Origin: Azolla caroliniana
Taxonomy: Eukaryota > Plantae > Polypodiophyta
DNA: 64,000 nucleotides
Reading direction: 5' to 3'
Assembly: GCA_043228905.1 (NCBI GenBank)
Contig: JBHGNT010000011.1
Span: 12,896,001 to 12,960,000 of the forward strand
Numbering within the stretch: the first letter of the stretch is position 1; every line of letters begins with the position of its first letter. Shown here one piece after another: positions 21,184 through 35,100 of this stretch. The notes below the pieces were generated by a model. The model worked only from the letters and a program-made list of their open reading frames with translations, made no database searches and was not told where the DNA came from. Made by a program: the position numbers and the translations under genes.

Positions 21184-24100
21184 TGCATCCTCTAACTACA
21201 GTCAATGCTACTTGCAAGAAGAATCATAGAAACATTATTTATGGGATTGTCTTGAGTCTCACATGATATAGAAACATCTGGTAAGAACCTTTGCCAACTA
21301 TCTTCCACCATGATTCATTTTTCACATGGAAATGGTGGTTTGGACATTATTTGTCCGTTCTATGTTCTATTATGATATTGAGTCTTTAGACCATGCTTTC
21401 AACACTTGGTTCGGAACGGTTCATGTAGTTCCTTTAGTGATTGTGTGGTTTTTAGGAGGAATGAAGGAAATGTAACCAATATGGAAATTACTTAGTACCA
21501 TCGTATGCTACATTTGGAAGGCTCTATGCTTCCCCTTTTCATGAAGTTAGGATCTTACCAGTTGAAGTGGCATGTAACATTTGGCTAGACATGGTCCATA
21601 CGTTAAAAGGACAGTGGGATGGCTTTATTGGGGGTTTGGATATTAAAATTGCTCAAGATCTCTAGTTTATTACTCTCTAGAAAGATGTTCCGCTTTTGTC
21701 CTTCAACGATGGTGGCCCTTTTTTGCATTTTCAGCTACCAAGATGGTTGTTCCCTCCATGAATTGCTTGAGAATTATATCTCTATGTATATGTCTTTATA
21801 CTAATGAATGGATGTCTTTTATAAAATTAAAATTAAAACATTGTCGTATACATTTATGTTCAATGTCTCTAGACTCTAGTTACACATAAATGTTCATTGC
21901 ATGTGTTTAACCTAACTTTGAGGTTTTCCATCAGTAATATAATGAATGTGTTGCTATAAAATTTTATGTATCTATGTATGCCTATGTACGGATGGATGGA
22001 TAGAAATATGTACGTCCATATGTTCACGTGTTCACATGCCCTTGTTCATGTCCATTTGAGCAAGCACACAGTCAAAAAACATATTTTTTTTCACTAATGT
22101 TGAAGCAAGAGCATCTCGCCCTTCAAATACAATGATGGATAGTCATCGACTATTTTAGAAAAAATGATCTCGATATCTGAGCCACACTTTGCATTCTTCC
22201 ATGTTGCTTCAAGCCAATTCGAAGTTTAATGATGAAATACCAAAAGCCGAGAATTCCCTTATTATTAGATACTTGTTGCCGGTATGGGCTAAGTGGTTCA
22301 TGGTCATTTATCTTTGAAGAATATGAAACAAATAGTTCATAGAGTAGTAAATTGTGATTCCAATGGGAATCATTAGTAAAGACATTAATGCTATTAGTGT
22401 CTAATTGCGTCTCAATACTCATTGTTTAAACACTAATTGCAAAAAGCCTTCAATTTAAATAGCGTAGATCTAAGTGATTATTTCGCTCGCTTTCTTACCA
22501 CAAGCATAGTTGTAAGTTTGCTTTTAATTTATCACCCAATATGATGGGTAATTTTTAGACTTTCTTTGGCAATTAACGATCCCGAACAATTTAACAAACT
22601 TGTCAAGCTAAAATTACTTGACACGTCGTGCACCCCTCACCCCCCATCTTTACACATAACGGTGAGGAAATACAATATGATTTGGGCAATGATGTAGATA
22701 TGGAAACATGAAATATAACTTGATTATGTAGCACATTTGTATTGACAAAAGTTGGAATCAATCTTTCTATCATAGTAAGCACTACCTTATCTTGTTTTCA
22801 AAACAAGGAAGGTTGAATCTCATGAGGCTCTTTAAATGCTTGATTCCAAATACATGAATGAGACGTCATTTTATCATAGAACTTTATAGGGACCCTCCAC
22901 ATACGAAAAAGAGCAAACATTGCATAGAATAATTGGACCATGTCATCTCTTTTTAGATTTTAGAATCCTAATAATTGCATTATCTTACATCTAGAGTTCA
23001 TTTCATCTTATTGTTTATCATCTTAATGTTATCGTGTATGGATGCAACCTAGTACCTTGATTTTTATGCGTTCATTTCAATCTCTACTAAAAACCAAAAA
23101 CCACAAAAAAGTAAGTACATTTCGGTTATGTAAACTCGTGAGATTGAAATCAACTCTTGTTTGCATGTTGTAAATGCCTTAAATACATGTCTCTCGAAAT
23201 CGAGCCTTAAACCACAAACAAAGGGATGATCCAAGCATGATTTGATGTGCACTATTTCAACAATCGCATGCTTTGAATTGCTAATGTGAGATAATTGGGA
23301 GGTACTTTATTGTCATTTGACCAAGTAATAAAATGAGGGGCTAGGGGCAGGGAGTTGTTTTTAAATATTGTTTCATTTGCAACAGAAGAATGCTTTTGAG
23401 CTTTTTGTTGTTTTGATGTGATTCAATACCCTCTGGATCTTGCTATTGGTGGTACACATTAGCATACCTATAAGAAACCATAATTCAGCTTAGATGAAGG
23501 GTTGACTCTAAACCTTGTAATTGTAAACGTGGTCCTTTAAAGTATGATTAGACCATTATTCTTCTTTTCCATAATAATGACAAGCACTAGCATTGATCAA
23601 ACTCTTCTTGCATTGCAAACTTCAAAATACTCGAATTTGAGGTTTCCACGATGTTTTGAGCTGACTTTTTTTTTGAGGCATTTTAGTTGTGTTTCAATAT
23701 ATTTTCTAGTTATTGGCCTAGCTTAGTAGGGTGTAATGGATGCATGCATTATTTGTAGACCAATCTAAGGTACGGATATATCTATCACATGCAAATAAAC
23801 AGTATTTTATTTAAAGTGTTCCAAAATGCAACAACAATAATGTATGTGTCATCATAAATCTATGTGCAATTGTTGACATACCATCAATGGGTACGGCGCT
23901 CAACTTGTGGTGGTTATTTTCTAACAAAAGAAAAATAATCATCATATTCCACAAGAACCCCCCTCCCCCTCCTTCAACGGAAGAATGCGAACACTTTTTC
24001 TTCTTTTTGGTGGAATCGAAGCCCATCCATCAAATGTGAGAACTTTTGTATTTGCGGAATCATTGTAGTGGATCTCAAAATACTTCAATAAGCTTTACAA

Positions 24101-25226
24101 TTGACTCGGGAAATCATTGGGGGTGTGCTATTTCAAAGTGATTATGGTTCACGAATATCATCAAGTTCTTGTCACAAGGCTCCAACCCAAGTAATCATTC
24201 AAGTTAATGGAATAAAAACAAGAGCATGTTAAGATACGTTATGTCCTACAATTCAACTTTTATTCATTATTTGAGGTTACGCCCTACCTCGGTTTTTCAT
24301 ATTTTGAAGGTTTTTTGAAACCTTGTATATCTAGTTTCCCAGATTTTTGCACGTTTCTACTAAAATGGCAAACTACACATACTTTGTCTCCACCCCATCA
24401 AAAAACACTCCTTACAATTTTCATATCATCGATCCATTAAGATTTACTCCAACATTGGCATATACTTCAATTAAAAAGTGTTCTATCCCCCTCTCCCCCA
24501 CATCAAACCAAAAAAAATGGCAACAATATGAACATCAATTCTTATCATGTCTACAACGCACACTCACATGGGCTAGCAAACCACAAAAATGAAAGCCTCA
24601 TGAGAGGACAAAAACCATTCATGCTTAGAAAGTATAGACCGACATTGTAGCTTCAAAACTCATACTTATGCATACTATGTTTGTTAATGTCTAAACAAGT
24701 TTAAATTTCATTGTCATATGAAGGTCCTTTTAGAATCCCATTTAATAAAGCCATTGGATATATTAATATATGAACACTCAAATAGGATATCATGTTAAAC
24801 TTTTCTAGTATACATATACCCCTTTGTTAAACATTTTACAAGATTTTTCAACTACAATCATTAGGTATCTCTAAATGTTTCATGTACAAAGCTTTACTCC
24901 TTACATTTAAAGTATGTGTGACAAATGGGGCACCCTTCCTTTTTGAGCAAAATCATGGATAACAAGTTTGAATGAGAAAGAACTTCAATTGGAAATTGAG
25001 CACCATAGTTTGTTCTTTAAATTTGTATGCAGTGTGTTTGCTTTAATTATGATAAGAAAAACATTTCATCTGTGATTGTTTATTGGGCAAGCTATGCAAA
25101 CCTTAAAATCATGGTTAACAAGTTAGAATGGGAAAGAACATCAATTCAAGAACTCAAACATAAACATAAGGGTTACAGTAACATTGTCTGTGGGATTGCC
25201 CTCAAGCTCAAAAGGTATGGGATAGA

Positions 25227-25953
25227 GTGACTCGCCTCCTTGCAGCATGTGAAGTTGAAGGAACAACCTTGTGGAGCGTTGCAGCATGGATTGATCACTC
25301 GGTCGAAGGGTGGACGAGCGTTGTCAATGCGGATAGTTGGTGCTATGTATACACAAGAGGCAAAATCATCAAGATCCATTTTGAAAGGGGTTTGCAGCCC
25401 GCATCCCCTAGGTTTTCGGAAATCTGGATGTTGATCACAGGTTTCACCTTGTGGTATATATGGAAAGCGCATTGCCTCAAGGTTTTCCAAGGTACGGTAC
25501 AGCCCCCGGAGGAAGTGATCATGGACATATGGTTCGCGCTTATCAGCTGCCTACGAGGGCAACTGGAAGAGGTTTGCAGGCACTCCAATTACGTGGTCAC
25601 TGCCAGTTTGCACTTTTGGCAGAAATGGCGGAACACACCTATGGTGATGCAAGGCGGGAGTGACCCGAGGTGGAACTACCAGCCCCCACGTTGGTTGTTT
25701 CCTACTCACCTGCCACCCTCTCTTCATTGTAGGCCCCAAGAGCCGACTCATACTAGGCAACATTGAAGGGCATCGCCTTGGATATAGGTAGCTTCGTACA
25801 TTAAGTTAGGCCGCAAGGCATTGTAAGTAGGCTCATCTTCTTTTACTTGATCGGAGGAAGACTCCCCGATGTGTGTATAAGTCTCCTTGTAGACTCTCTA
25901 TGTAATAATCCTTCCTAACTAATGGGAAAGTAGCTTCATTTTGAAAAAAAAAA
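25227..25953 (+). mobile_element. 5'-truncated LINE (ORF2 C-terminus, 3' UTR, poly-A)
   Basis: ORF 25227-25766 contains WMLITGFTLWYIWKAHCLKVF and WNYQPPRWLFP. It is followed by TAACTAATGGGAAAGTAG and A10 at 25944-25953. Confidence 0.85.
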
Positions 25954-27804
25954 CAAACTTGAGCCTATGGGTAACGAAAGCCCATGTTTGTAATTGGAGA
26001 TGATGATACATTAATTAGTGCTAGGGTAGGCAACAGACTCATGCAACCAAAAACCATAACAAAATGTGCTCCTCAATGGTATCAATGGGGAATTTTTAAA
26101 TGGCTACAAAAAGAAAACCTAAAAGATGAGATGAAAAACTAAGCTTGCTTCCTACTTTCGTTCTTTGCAAGAGAGTGGCTCCCATGCGAAATATGTTAGT
26201 GATGACATCGCGTATTGAATGTGCTTGCTTGTAGACCCTATACATTTGAGGATACGAGATCCTTCACACATTAATCATTTTCAAAGGATTCAATTCTTAA
26301 GGTGATGCCTAAGTATCTATGTGAAAAACAAAGTTCCGGACAACCTTATGCAATCAAATGTAAATAGGGTTCATTTCATGGATCTAACTCTCTTGGCTTA
26401 TCCCAATGCTTCACATCCATGTTGAACTCATCTCCTATCTGATTCATTTTTCTATGCCATCTCGAAAGAAATGTTCCTTTGGGTTCCTTAATATTTTTTT
26501 CCTTTTTTGGAAAAAAAAAACCATGGAGAAATTAGCTTTGTCATTGTATGAGCTTCAATAAATTGATGCAATAAGTGTGACCTTGTAGATTATCAATAGA
26601 GTTTTTTTAAGTCGACCAAAATTGGCCAAGATTAACAAATGTTTTATCTTTGACATGTTTATAGCAAAGGTAAACACGTAGGCTAGGTAGTTTATCCCCC
26701 AAACTAGACACTATTAGGTCATGCCACTACCTGCATCATTAAAAAATGTGCACATCCTATTAAATTTATTGTATTCAAAGAGACTCTGGTTCACATTATG
26801 TTGGAAAGAGATGATATTCTGTTTGGACATATGGGGCATTAATTTTTTAATGGAGAAAAATGGAAGAATGAGACAAAAACTGTAAGCGAATAAAAGGAGG
26901 TGGGCGAAAGGTGGGGTTCACTTCAAAGCCACACAAAGGGATTAGTTGTCTATATGCATGTAGAATTAAATAAAGAGATTAATCGAGCATTGTTGTTATT
27001 GGTTCTCTTCCTATCAACCAAACAAGTCATGGCAAGCCTCTTCCTCCTCATGCTCCCTACTATCTCCTTGTCTCTCTATGACCTCTTACCACCGACAATC
27101 CTCCATTTGTGCATGAGACATTACGAGAAGAATGTCACCCATTGTGGGGAGGGTACATGAAAGTATAAGTTCTCTACACATCTATAAAATACAGTGTTGA
27201 GAGAAGAAGTTTTAAGCCTTATAAGACAAAGAGAGATTATAAATTAACAATCTAAATTGTGAGAAAAGTATATGCCAATCAAGCCATAATTGCAATGGTC
27301 ATGTCAACTGTTTTCAGAGTGCAATGCCATTCTTCCAATACACCAATGGGGCACATAGTCTAAGAGAAATAAAAAATATGGTGCAAGAAAGGCACGTGCA
27401 AGCGAGGATTTGAACCCATGACCTTGTGTTAAAAGCTGAATACCTTGACAAGAGAGGAAGAGTAAGTCTTAGAAGATAAAGACAGACCAAGATGTGAGAA
27501 GGGGGGGGAGGGGGGGGGGGGAGAAGAAGATAAAGAAAGCTGAAAGAAGATTGTCACACGAATCCATGTGTCCACATGGATTGGTTCTCAATGAACACAG
27601 AAATAAAGGCACAATAGCAAGAGAGAGAGAGAGAGAGAGAGAAAGCTATTGGGCCTTTATTTTTATGTTTGTGTTCATAAAGGCACAATAGCAAGAGAGA
27701 GAGAGAGAGATACATTCCTTAGTGGCATCTAGTGAAATAAGAGATATCTATTGACTTTGGAGTGATAGAGAGATGAGAAAATTGGGGTTCGAACCCAAGA
27801 TGTA

Positions 27805-27827
27805 GTGAGAGAGAGAGAGAGAGAGAT

Positions 27828-27865
<38 letters not shown>
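27805..27865. repeat. (GA)n-(GT)n compound microsatellite
   Basis: Directly visible dinucleotide runs. Confidence 0.95.
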
Positions 27866-27868
<3 letters not shown>

Positions 27869-29179
27869 AGATAAAGGAGATGAGAGACAAATGATGTGTC
27901 CTTCCTATGCCTAATGAATGTAGACAGAGAGATAGAAGAGAGAGAAAGTAAGACGATAAAAAGAGTGAGGATGGTATGACATTGTCTTGTGTGTGAAGGG
28001 GCCGATTGTCCATGCACATAGAGACACATCAGGTATCTATGCATCACAAAACCAACATGGCAAGAGAGGAGAGAGTGTATAAGAATATCAACGAGATCAT
28101 TGGTACTCTCCAGATCGTGGAGAAGAGAGTGTACATATATACTCGGAAATCGTGGAAAACATAAAAAAGTTTGGGTCTTTCTTCTTCTCTTTGCATTGTT
28201 TGAGATACACAATGTGAATCCAACTTTTAGGTTCAGCACACCTAAAAAGGTGATTTGATTGTCCACATATTTGTCACTACTTTATCATCAAAACCTTTGA
28301 ACTCATCCAGATTTCCTTAATTCCCATACGCTCTTCCTATCCCAAGCTTGATTAAAATGGCCTAATTCAATCAAACCCATCTGATTTTCTCCCACTTCAT
28401 CCACATGGTGCACTTAATTCTAAGGCTAATCGTGCATCTTAATCCATATCACTAATGATTAACCCACACATGTGTGTATGTGCGCGCTATGTATTTTGAT
28501 GAAGCTAATCCTAACTCTGTGATTGTGAAGTTGAAATTTCAATTGGATTAATCACAAGGGGGTGTGGATCCAATTTGAGTTTTGAATGGCCAGAGTAAAG
28601 TATATGTGTAATTTCTAAATTTCTGTGTGATAAGAGATAATGTGAGGGAGGGAGGACCCCATTCTTGCTCTTTATGATAAATTTATCACTACTACTCTTT
28701 CCCTCCATTATTGACATCCATTCCTATCAATTTAGAGACTTTTTCTTTTTTTCTTTTTTACACTGATGGTTTCACAGAGGCTCTCAATGAATGATTTGAA
28801 CCTAGAAAAATCCTCATGAAATTCATCAATCTCAATCATCACCAGATCAATATGCCCAAACCATCATTTATTAGTGCTAAAAAAAAAAGAGGGGGTTTGT
28901 AAGACAATCATCATTACTTAGTAGACCTAGAAATCCTCATTTTTGAAGAAGCTTGCATTAAGCAAAGCTTCTTGCCTGTTTTTTGGTTCTCTTCTCGATC
29001 CTAATGTTGTTTGCATCTCTCTTTCAGCTAATTCAATTCATTGAGTCATATATACCAACAAATCTTTCTGAGCCTTGCATTTCAATCTCCCTATAATGGC
29101 ACCATTCAAAGAATCATGTTATATGGTTACCCTGATGTAGTGTATTCCAGAAAGGTTCTCGTATGAGTTGAGGAGCAAT

Positions 29180-32100
29180 ATGGCATCCATGATGGCACCT
29201 GCACATAATATTCAACCAAAGACCATCCTCATCCCAAGAGCTACCAATGAGGGATCAACTAACCCATACTTCCTCTCAGAATTCGATCTTTATGAGACCA
29301 ATACAGTAAGATTAAGAGCTATGAATCACCCATATATAAAGTAATGTAACCCAAATTTTGATGTCATTAGTTTTAAGAATCCTTGCAAGATAAAGAGCAA
29401 TCATATCTGAAGTATTAAACCAAAACCTTGAGAATCATTGCAAGATTAGACGCAATGAATTAATTACTCATTTATAAAGTAATTTAGCCAAAATGTTGAT
29501 GGTCATTCACTCCAAATTGACTAAACAATAGCATAGGTTAGTTAAGCAACAATGCCATGGGTCAAGGCTAAATTGATGTGTTTTTGGTTTTTTTGTGTCG
29601 CCTTGTAGAGATTTTACCTATTTGGGACAGATAAGAGCAAGAAGCTCTGGAAAGTCCTTAAAATCGACCGATATCAGACGACACAGCTCGAGATCTTTGA
29701 AGACCCAACTATTTATTCAGCACATGATTGCAATGACCTTCTGAATAGATTGGATGCTAGCAATCAATCAACAGGCGGCCTCAAGTTTGTCACTAAAGCT
29801 TATGGCATAGTTGGTGAGTTCATAAGACTTAAATTTCTCATGTTCACTATCTATTAGCTACAACCATACTCTAGCTCAAGAATTTGTTTCCATGACCAAA
29901 TCACATACCAACAGTTTACCAGCCCATTATGAATTATACCAGGCATACATGTGTAATTCCTATTCAATCCACATGTTTCCAGGATTTATCAAGTTCTTAG
30001 AGCCTTACTATATGATTCTCGTTACGAAGCGCCGGTTGCTCGGTAGTGTGAATGGGCATTCAATATATGGTATTGCTGAAAGCAAATTGCTGAGTGTCCC
30101 TCATCCATCATTCCAAACAATTGTTGCGTCTTCCCGAGCTGAAAACAGGTTAGGCTCTATAGCAATAAATGTAAACATGATCATATATGTGTTATACATG
30201 TTATGCAACAAATCAGAAACTATCTTAGGTCAGTTGTCTAGAGATTTAGAACCTATATGCAATAAATCAGAAACTATTTTTAGGTCAATTGTCTAAAGAT
30301 TTAAAAACCTACATGCAATAAATCATACATTAAGTTTTCTTGAGATCTAGATCAGTTTCCTTGAGATTTGGTTGCTTACATAAATACATACACTATTTTT
30401 ATGTATGGAAATTTTTAAATAAACAGGCCCAAAATCTTCTTATATCAAAAAGTTGTCCCTGCTAATCTCAAAATTAATGAACTAAACTTTACCAGCATTA
30501 TGTAGTGCTGCCAAATGTTAACAACGAATTGTGTGTACACAAGTTTAAAACAGTGAATGCTGTACAATGGTATTAATCTTATTATGAGTATTAAGATATC
30601 AAGATCAATAGATCCCAGTACCTACCTACATATGCCTCATTTAAACCAATGCTATGAATCTAACCTTAAGGTGTACTGGTAAAGCTTGCGCTTTGCAAGC
30701 ATAAGGTTCTCAATTTAATTCTTGAGCAATGTGTCTGATGTTGCATTCAATATAAAAAAATTATCATATTCTTGGATTGAGATCATGTTGTGCTACTAAA
30801 AGAATCGTTTTACAAATGAGCTATCCACAACCCAGTTACCCATGGGTTGAAAATAAACGTGGAAATATGCTACCAATGTGCATTCTGCTTGTATTTTACA
30901 ACTTTCTCAGTAAATTTGTTACTACTTTCTTCATGATTCTTGCAGCATTTTCGGAAACACGTGTTCATGATATATATCCACAGGTACAAGAAGCTCTTCA
31001 ACGCAATTGATCTTACCACAGATTTTTACTTCAGCTATACTTACCGAATCATGTGGAGTCTACAAAAGAATGTGCTAAATGATGGAACAAAGGAAACACC
31101 TCACGATGATATGTTCATCTGGAATTCATACCTAATGTATGCATTTCGTGAACAAGTGCACAATCCTCAATGGGTAGTGCCATTAATACATGGATATTTT
31201 AAACAGGTATTAATGTTGCAGATTTCAAATATATATTTAACACCATAGGAATGCCATAGTGATTACTTTTGTTTTACAGAAGAACCTGTTTGAACAAGAC
31301 AAGTTGTTATATAAGATTACATTGCTTGCAAGGCGCTCGAGACATTTTGCTGGTACAAGGTAGCTATCTGCCTCCAATGGCTGTATCAATCACTACCCCA
31401 AAAAAAATTCTTTTACCAATCAACCAAGTTTTCCTATGCATGATATAATAGGAAATTAGGAGAAAAGACTAAAAACTTATACCACTATAGTAGAAATTGT
31501 ATAAATTTCTAGTGTGGGGATATTTCAATATTCCCAACTGGTGAGTTCAAATTTTCAACCACATTTTCATGAACAAGGGCACATTTTCCTGAAAACTCGT
31601 GTAAATGCATCATGCAAAGAATGTGTCATCTAAACTCAATGAAGGTTATTATGTCAAGAAAATGCTACCCTTCAAAAGCCTTGAACTTATGCCAAAACAG
31701 TATACCATTACAAGAAACAAAATACCCGAATCTACGTTACAAGGTTTATATTAATTGTTGTAGCCTTATGGATAGATATCTGCTCCTGCCTATTAGACAT
31801 CGAAATGCTTGATTTTATCAGATAAAGACATTTAACTGGTTTCAAAATACATTTTTTTCAGATATCTAAAGAGAGGAGTAAATGAGAGAGGTCGAGTCGC
31901 AAATGATGTAGAAACAGAGCAGATAGTTCATGAAGAATTGTCTGCAAAGTCCCAACAAATTAGCTCCGTTGTTCAACATCGAGGATCGATACCTCTTTTT
32001 TGGTCCCAAGCCACATCAGTGCTTAGTCCTAAGCCAGATATCAAATGTAAGTGTTCAAAGTTGAATCCTAGAGATGATTTTCCAACATGAAAAGACATTC

Positions 32101-35100
32101 TAAGCATATAAACCGCATCTTCAAGTGTTTTATGTTTTATATATCCTACAGTAAAGGTTGATTCCAACTACAAAGCAACTAACCTCCATTTTAAGAATTT
32201 GACTTCAAGATACGGCAATCCAATCGTTGTGCTAAATTTAGTGAAGGTAAGTACCCTCTAAAAACAATATTTTAGCTAATTTAGTTAAATTTTAGTGAAG
32301 GTAACTACCATCTAAGAAACAATATTTTAGCTGGTTTAGTTAAAATTTAGTGAAGGTAACTACCCTCTAAGAAACAATATTTTATGTGATTCCTTGATAG
32401 ACATTCTCTCAAAAATAACCGAATTAGCACATACATTAGATAATTGATCCGGTGTTACTGCCAAAAGCATTATGTATAAGACTGTGTTCTTCAAAAAGTA
32501 GAGTGCTCACATCACAGATGTTCAGACTATTTTCACAGTCTAAACTTAACTCTAGAGCCAGGTAGGTAACCTAACATGTAGTGGCAAATGCATCAGATTT
32601 GGCATGAAACACTATTTAGTCTACAGAGAAATTCACTGTATTAACTCTTTTTTTACACGGGAGCATTTGCTATTCTCTAAACTATTGACCCTTGAAAATT
32701 ACTTATCAGATGTACATAATTTAAAGAAGAATTCAAAGTTATGTAACAATGAAGTTTTACATGAAAAGCACTTTTATTTACTTACAGACAACAGAACAGA
32801 AACCTCGTGAAGCTATTCTTTGCCATGAATTTTTCCGGGCAGTAGAGTACCTGAATAAAAGCCTTCCTAAGGAAGACCAAATTGTGTTCAGACAGTGGGA
32901 TCTTCATAAATTTGCTCATTGGTAAATATATATCTCAATCCTCCAACAAAAGGGATTTTTAGAATTCCTAGTGTGCATAACTTCATACTTGCATGTGCAG
33001 TGCTTCTACCAATGTATTGGAGGTGCTTGGCAATATAACAACTGATGCTTTAAATCGAGTTGGTTTCTACTATGATAGCAATCTCAAGCATCACAACCCA
33101 CATGACAACGACTCATCAGAAACATCAATGTAGGCATGCAACAATGAACTGAATTCTGATAACTATGGTAGCAATCGGATTTTCCAGGAAATTGCTTCTT
33201 TACTAATCAGCAATTTCCATTCATGACTGAATTAATAAAACGTTTTCAGGAAATACCATGGTTTTATAAGGAAATTGCTTGAAATTTCATATATTTCTGT
33301 CAGATTTTACTTTATAAATATTTCCAAACCCACAAGTTCAATGATTTTCTTACACTTCTGACTTGTCGGTAACTTTCACAGGTCACTAGAAAATGAATAT
33401 AAGATACATAATTACTCAAAAAAGCTACGCAAATTGCAGCATGGTGTGCTACGGACAAATTGTATTGACTGCCTTGACCGAACAAATGTAGCACAATTTT
33501 CATTTGGATTAGCAGCACTTGGCCAGCAATTACATGCTCTAGGTCTTCGTGATAATGTACAAGTTGCTGTAGACAGCATTTATGGTTGTCTGCTAATGGA
33601 GATGTATGAAAACATGGGTGATGTTCTCGCATTACAATATGGAGGCTCAACTGCCCATAACACTGTAGGTTAATAGAATTTTAGATTTCTTTATCACTAA
33701 TATATCAGTGTCATCCTGAATTAAAAGAGTACTAATACTTTATGACTGGATTCTCAGGTTCTTTCAAATAGGCAAGGAAAATGGAAGGCTGCCACCCAAT
33801 CGCTTGACTTTCTTAGGGCAATTAAGCGACACTATAGTAATGCATATACAGATGGCTTAAAACAAGATGCCATTAATATGTATGTTACTTAGTTAACAAA
33901 AGAATTTATAGAATACTTTAGCATCATCAAACTAAGGGGTCATGTTAATATCCCTATCAGATTTTTAGGGCATTACCGTCCTGAGCTAGGAAAACCACCA
34001 CTTTGGCAGCTCGATTCCGACAATCATCTGCAAGTTAGACATTCTGAATTAAATCTATTTGGCAACTGCAAGTAAGTGATGAAAGATAAATCTATGATTT
34101 CTCCTTTTAATCTCCCAGCACCAGGAAGGCGTCAAACTCTATACATTGTGTTACCAATTAGCAGAGTTCTTTGTTTTTATTGAAACAAGTCAAAAAGAAT
34201 AAGAAAAATACACTGGTTTGTTTTTTATTTGTAGGCCCACCATGAAGAGGTCTCTGTCTGCTGAAGGCATTCTCGGAGTCTGTGAATTTGTGTTATCACC
34301 AACTCTAGACTTCCGGCTAAATCATCCAAATTTGGATTCACTTTTGGAAAATAGTAAAGATGCTACAATCAACAAAACTGGAGGAAACACTCCATCTACA
34401 TGTCCAATTGTAAAGATTTCAACTCCCAATGATGACGAGTTGGAAACTGCTTTAAGGTACTAATGCTAGATATAATAAAAATCTTAAAGCTTATTAGATA
34501 CTGGATCTATAATTGAATGTGTCAATTTTTTCAGATTATAATTGAATCGTATCTAGAGTTTTATAAATGTGCAAAACACCAGTAACTAAAGATTGTTAGC
34601 TACTAGAAATACATACTACGATATTTATACAAATTATCAAGAACGCTTTTTTTGTTTCTTTTGCTTCATCTGCAGCTTGTATCCTTTTGCATGTAGATAT
34701 TTAAATAAAGACACTCCATTAGTTTTTTACTCTTTGGAGATTTTATTTATTTCGCTTCATGTTCAGCTTGTGTTATGCTTTTTTTTTATTCTCGAACTTC
34801 ATGGTCACTTTCAGAAAACACACTCTCAGAGGATGTGCCCCTAAATTCTTTTTCGGTTTTCCGATGGTTCTCAAACCTCAAACCACATCCACAATTCTGC
34901 AAACATCTTTGAAAAAGAAAGGTCATTTATCAATATCCAAAATCTGTTTTGGGTTTCTGTAAAACCACCATAAGAGAAGGAACTATGCACAGTTATAGAC
35001 AGGACAGGACATCAAAAACTTCTTTGATATCAAAGAACTCTTCAATGGCGAAAATTAGTGTCCACCAACTATATGTTTGAACTTACAGATTATAAAGTGG

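Larger units (their letters stand above)
14820..21840 (+). mobile_element. Degenerate LINE 3' fragment split by the gypsy insertion (parts ~14820-14999 and 21184-~21840)
   Basis: Joining across the TSD gives an in-frame zf-RVT-like peptide VH*ALPIRTWLHTMGASSNYSQCYLQEES*KHYLWDC. Further on: TIVCYIWKA, QLPRWLFPP and an A-rich end. Confidence 0.75.

Noticed and set aside
23990-24200. Another LINE fragment (resembles the RGLQP region at ~1030)
   Set aside because: Similarity is too short and degenerate to call.
27729-28266. ORFs of 96 and 172 aa with THTHTH/LSLSLS runs
   Set aside because: Artefacts of GT and GA microsatellites.
34535-34570. Extra SAC exon after the acceptor TTTTTTCAG at 34534
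   Set aside because: Gives an immediate stop in the required phase. Splicing to 35596 keeps the frame to the conserved C-terminus.
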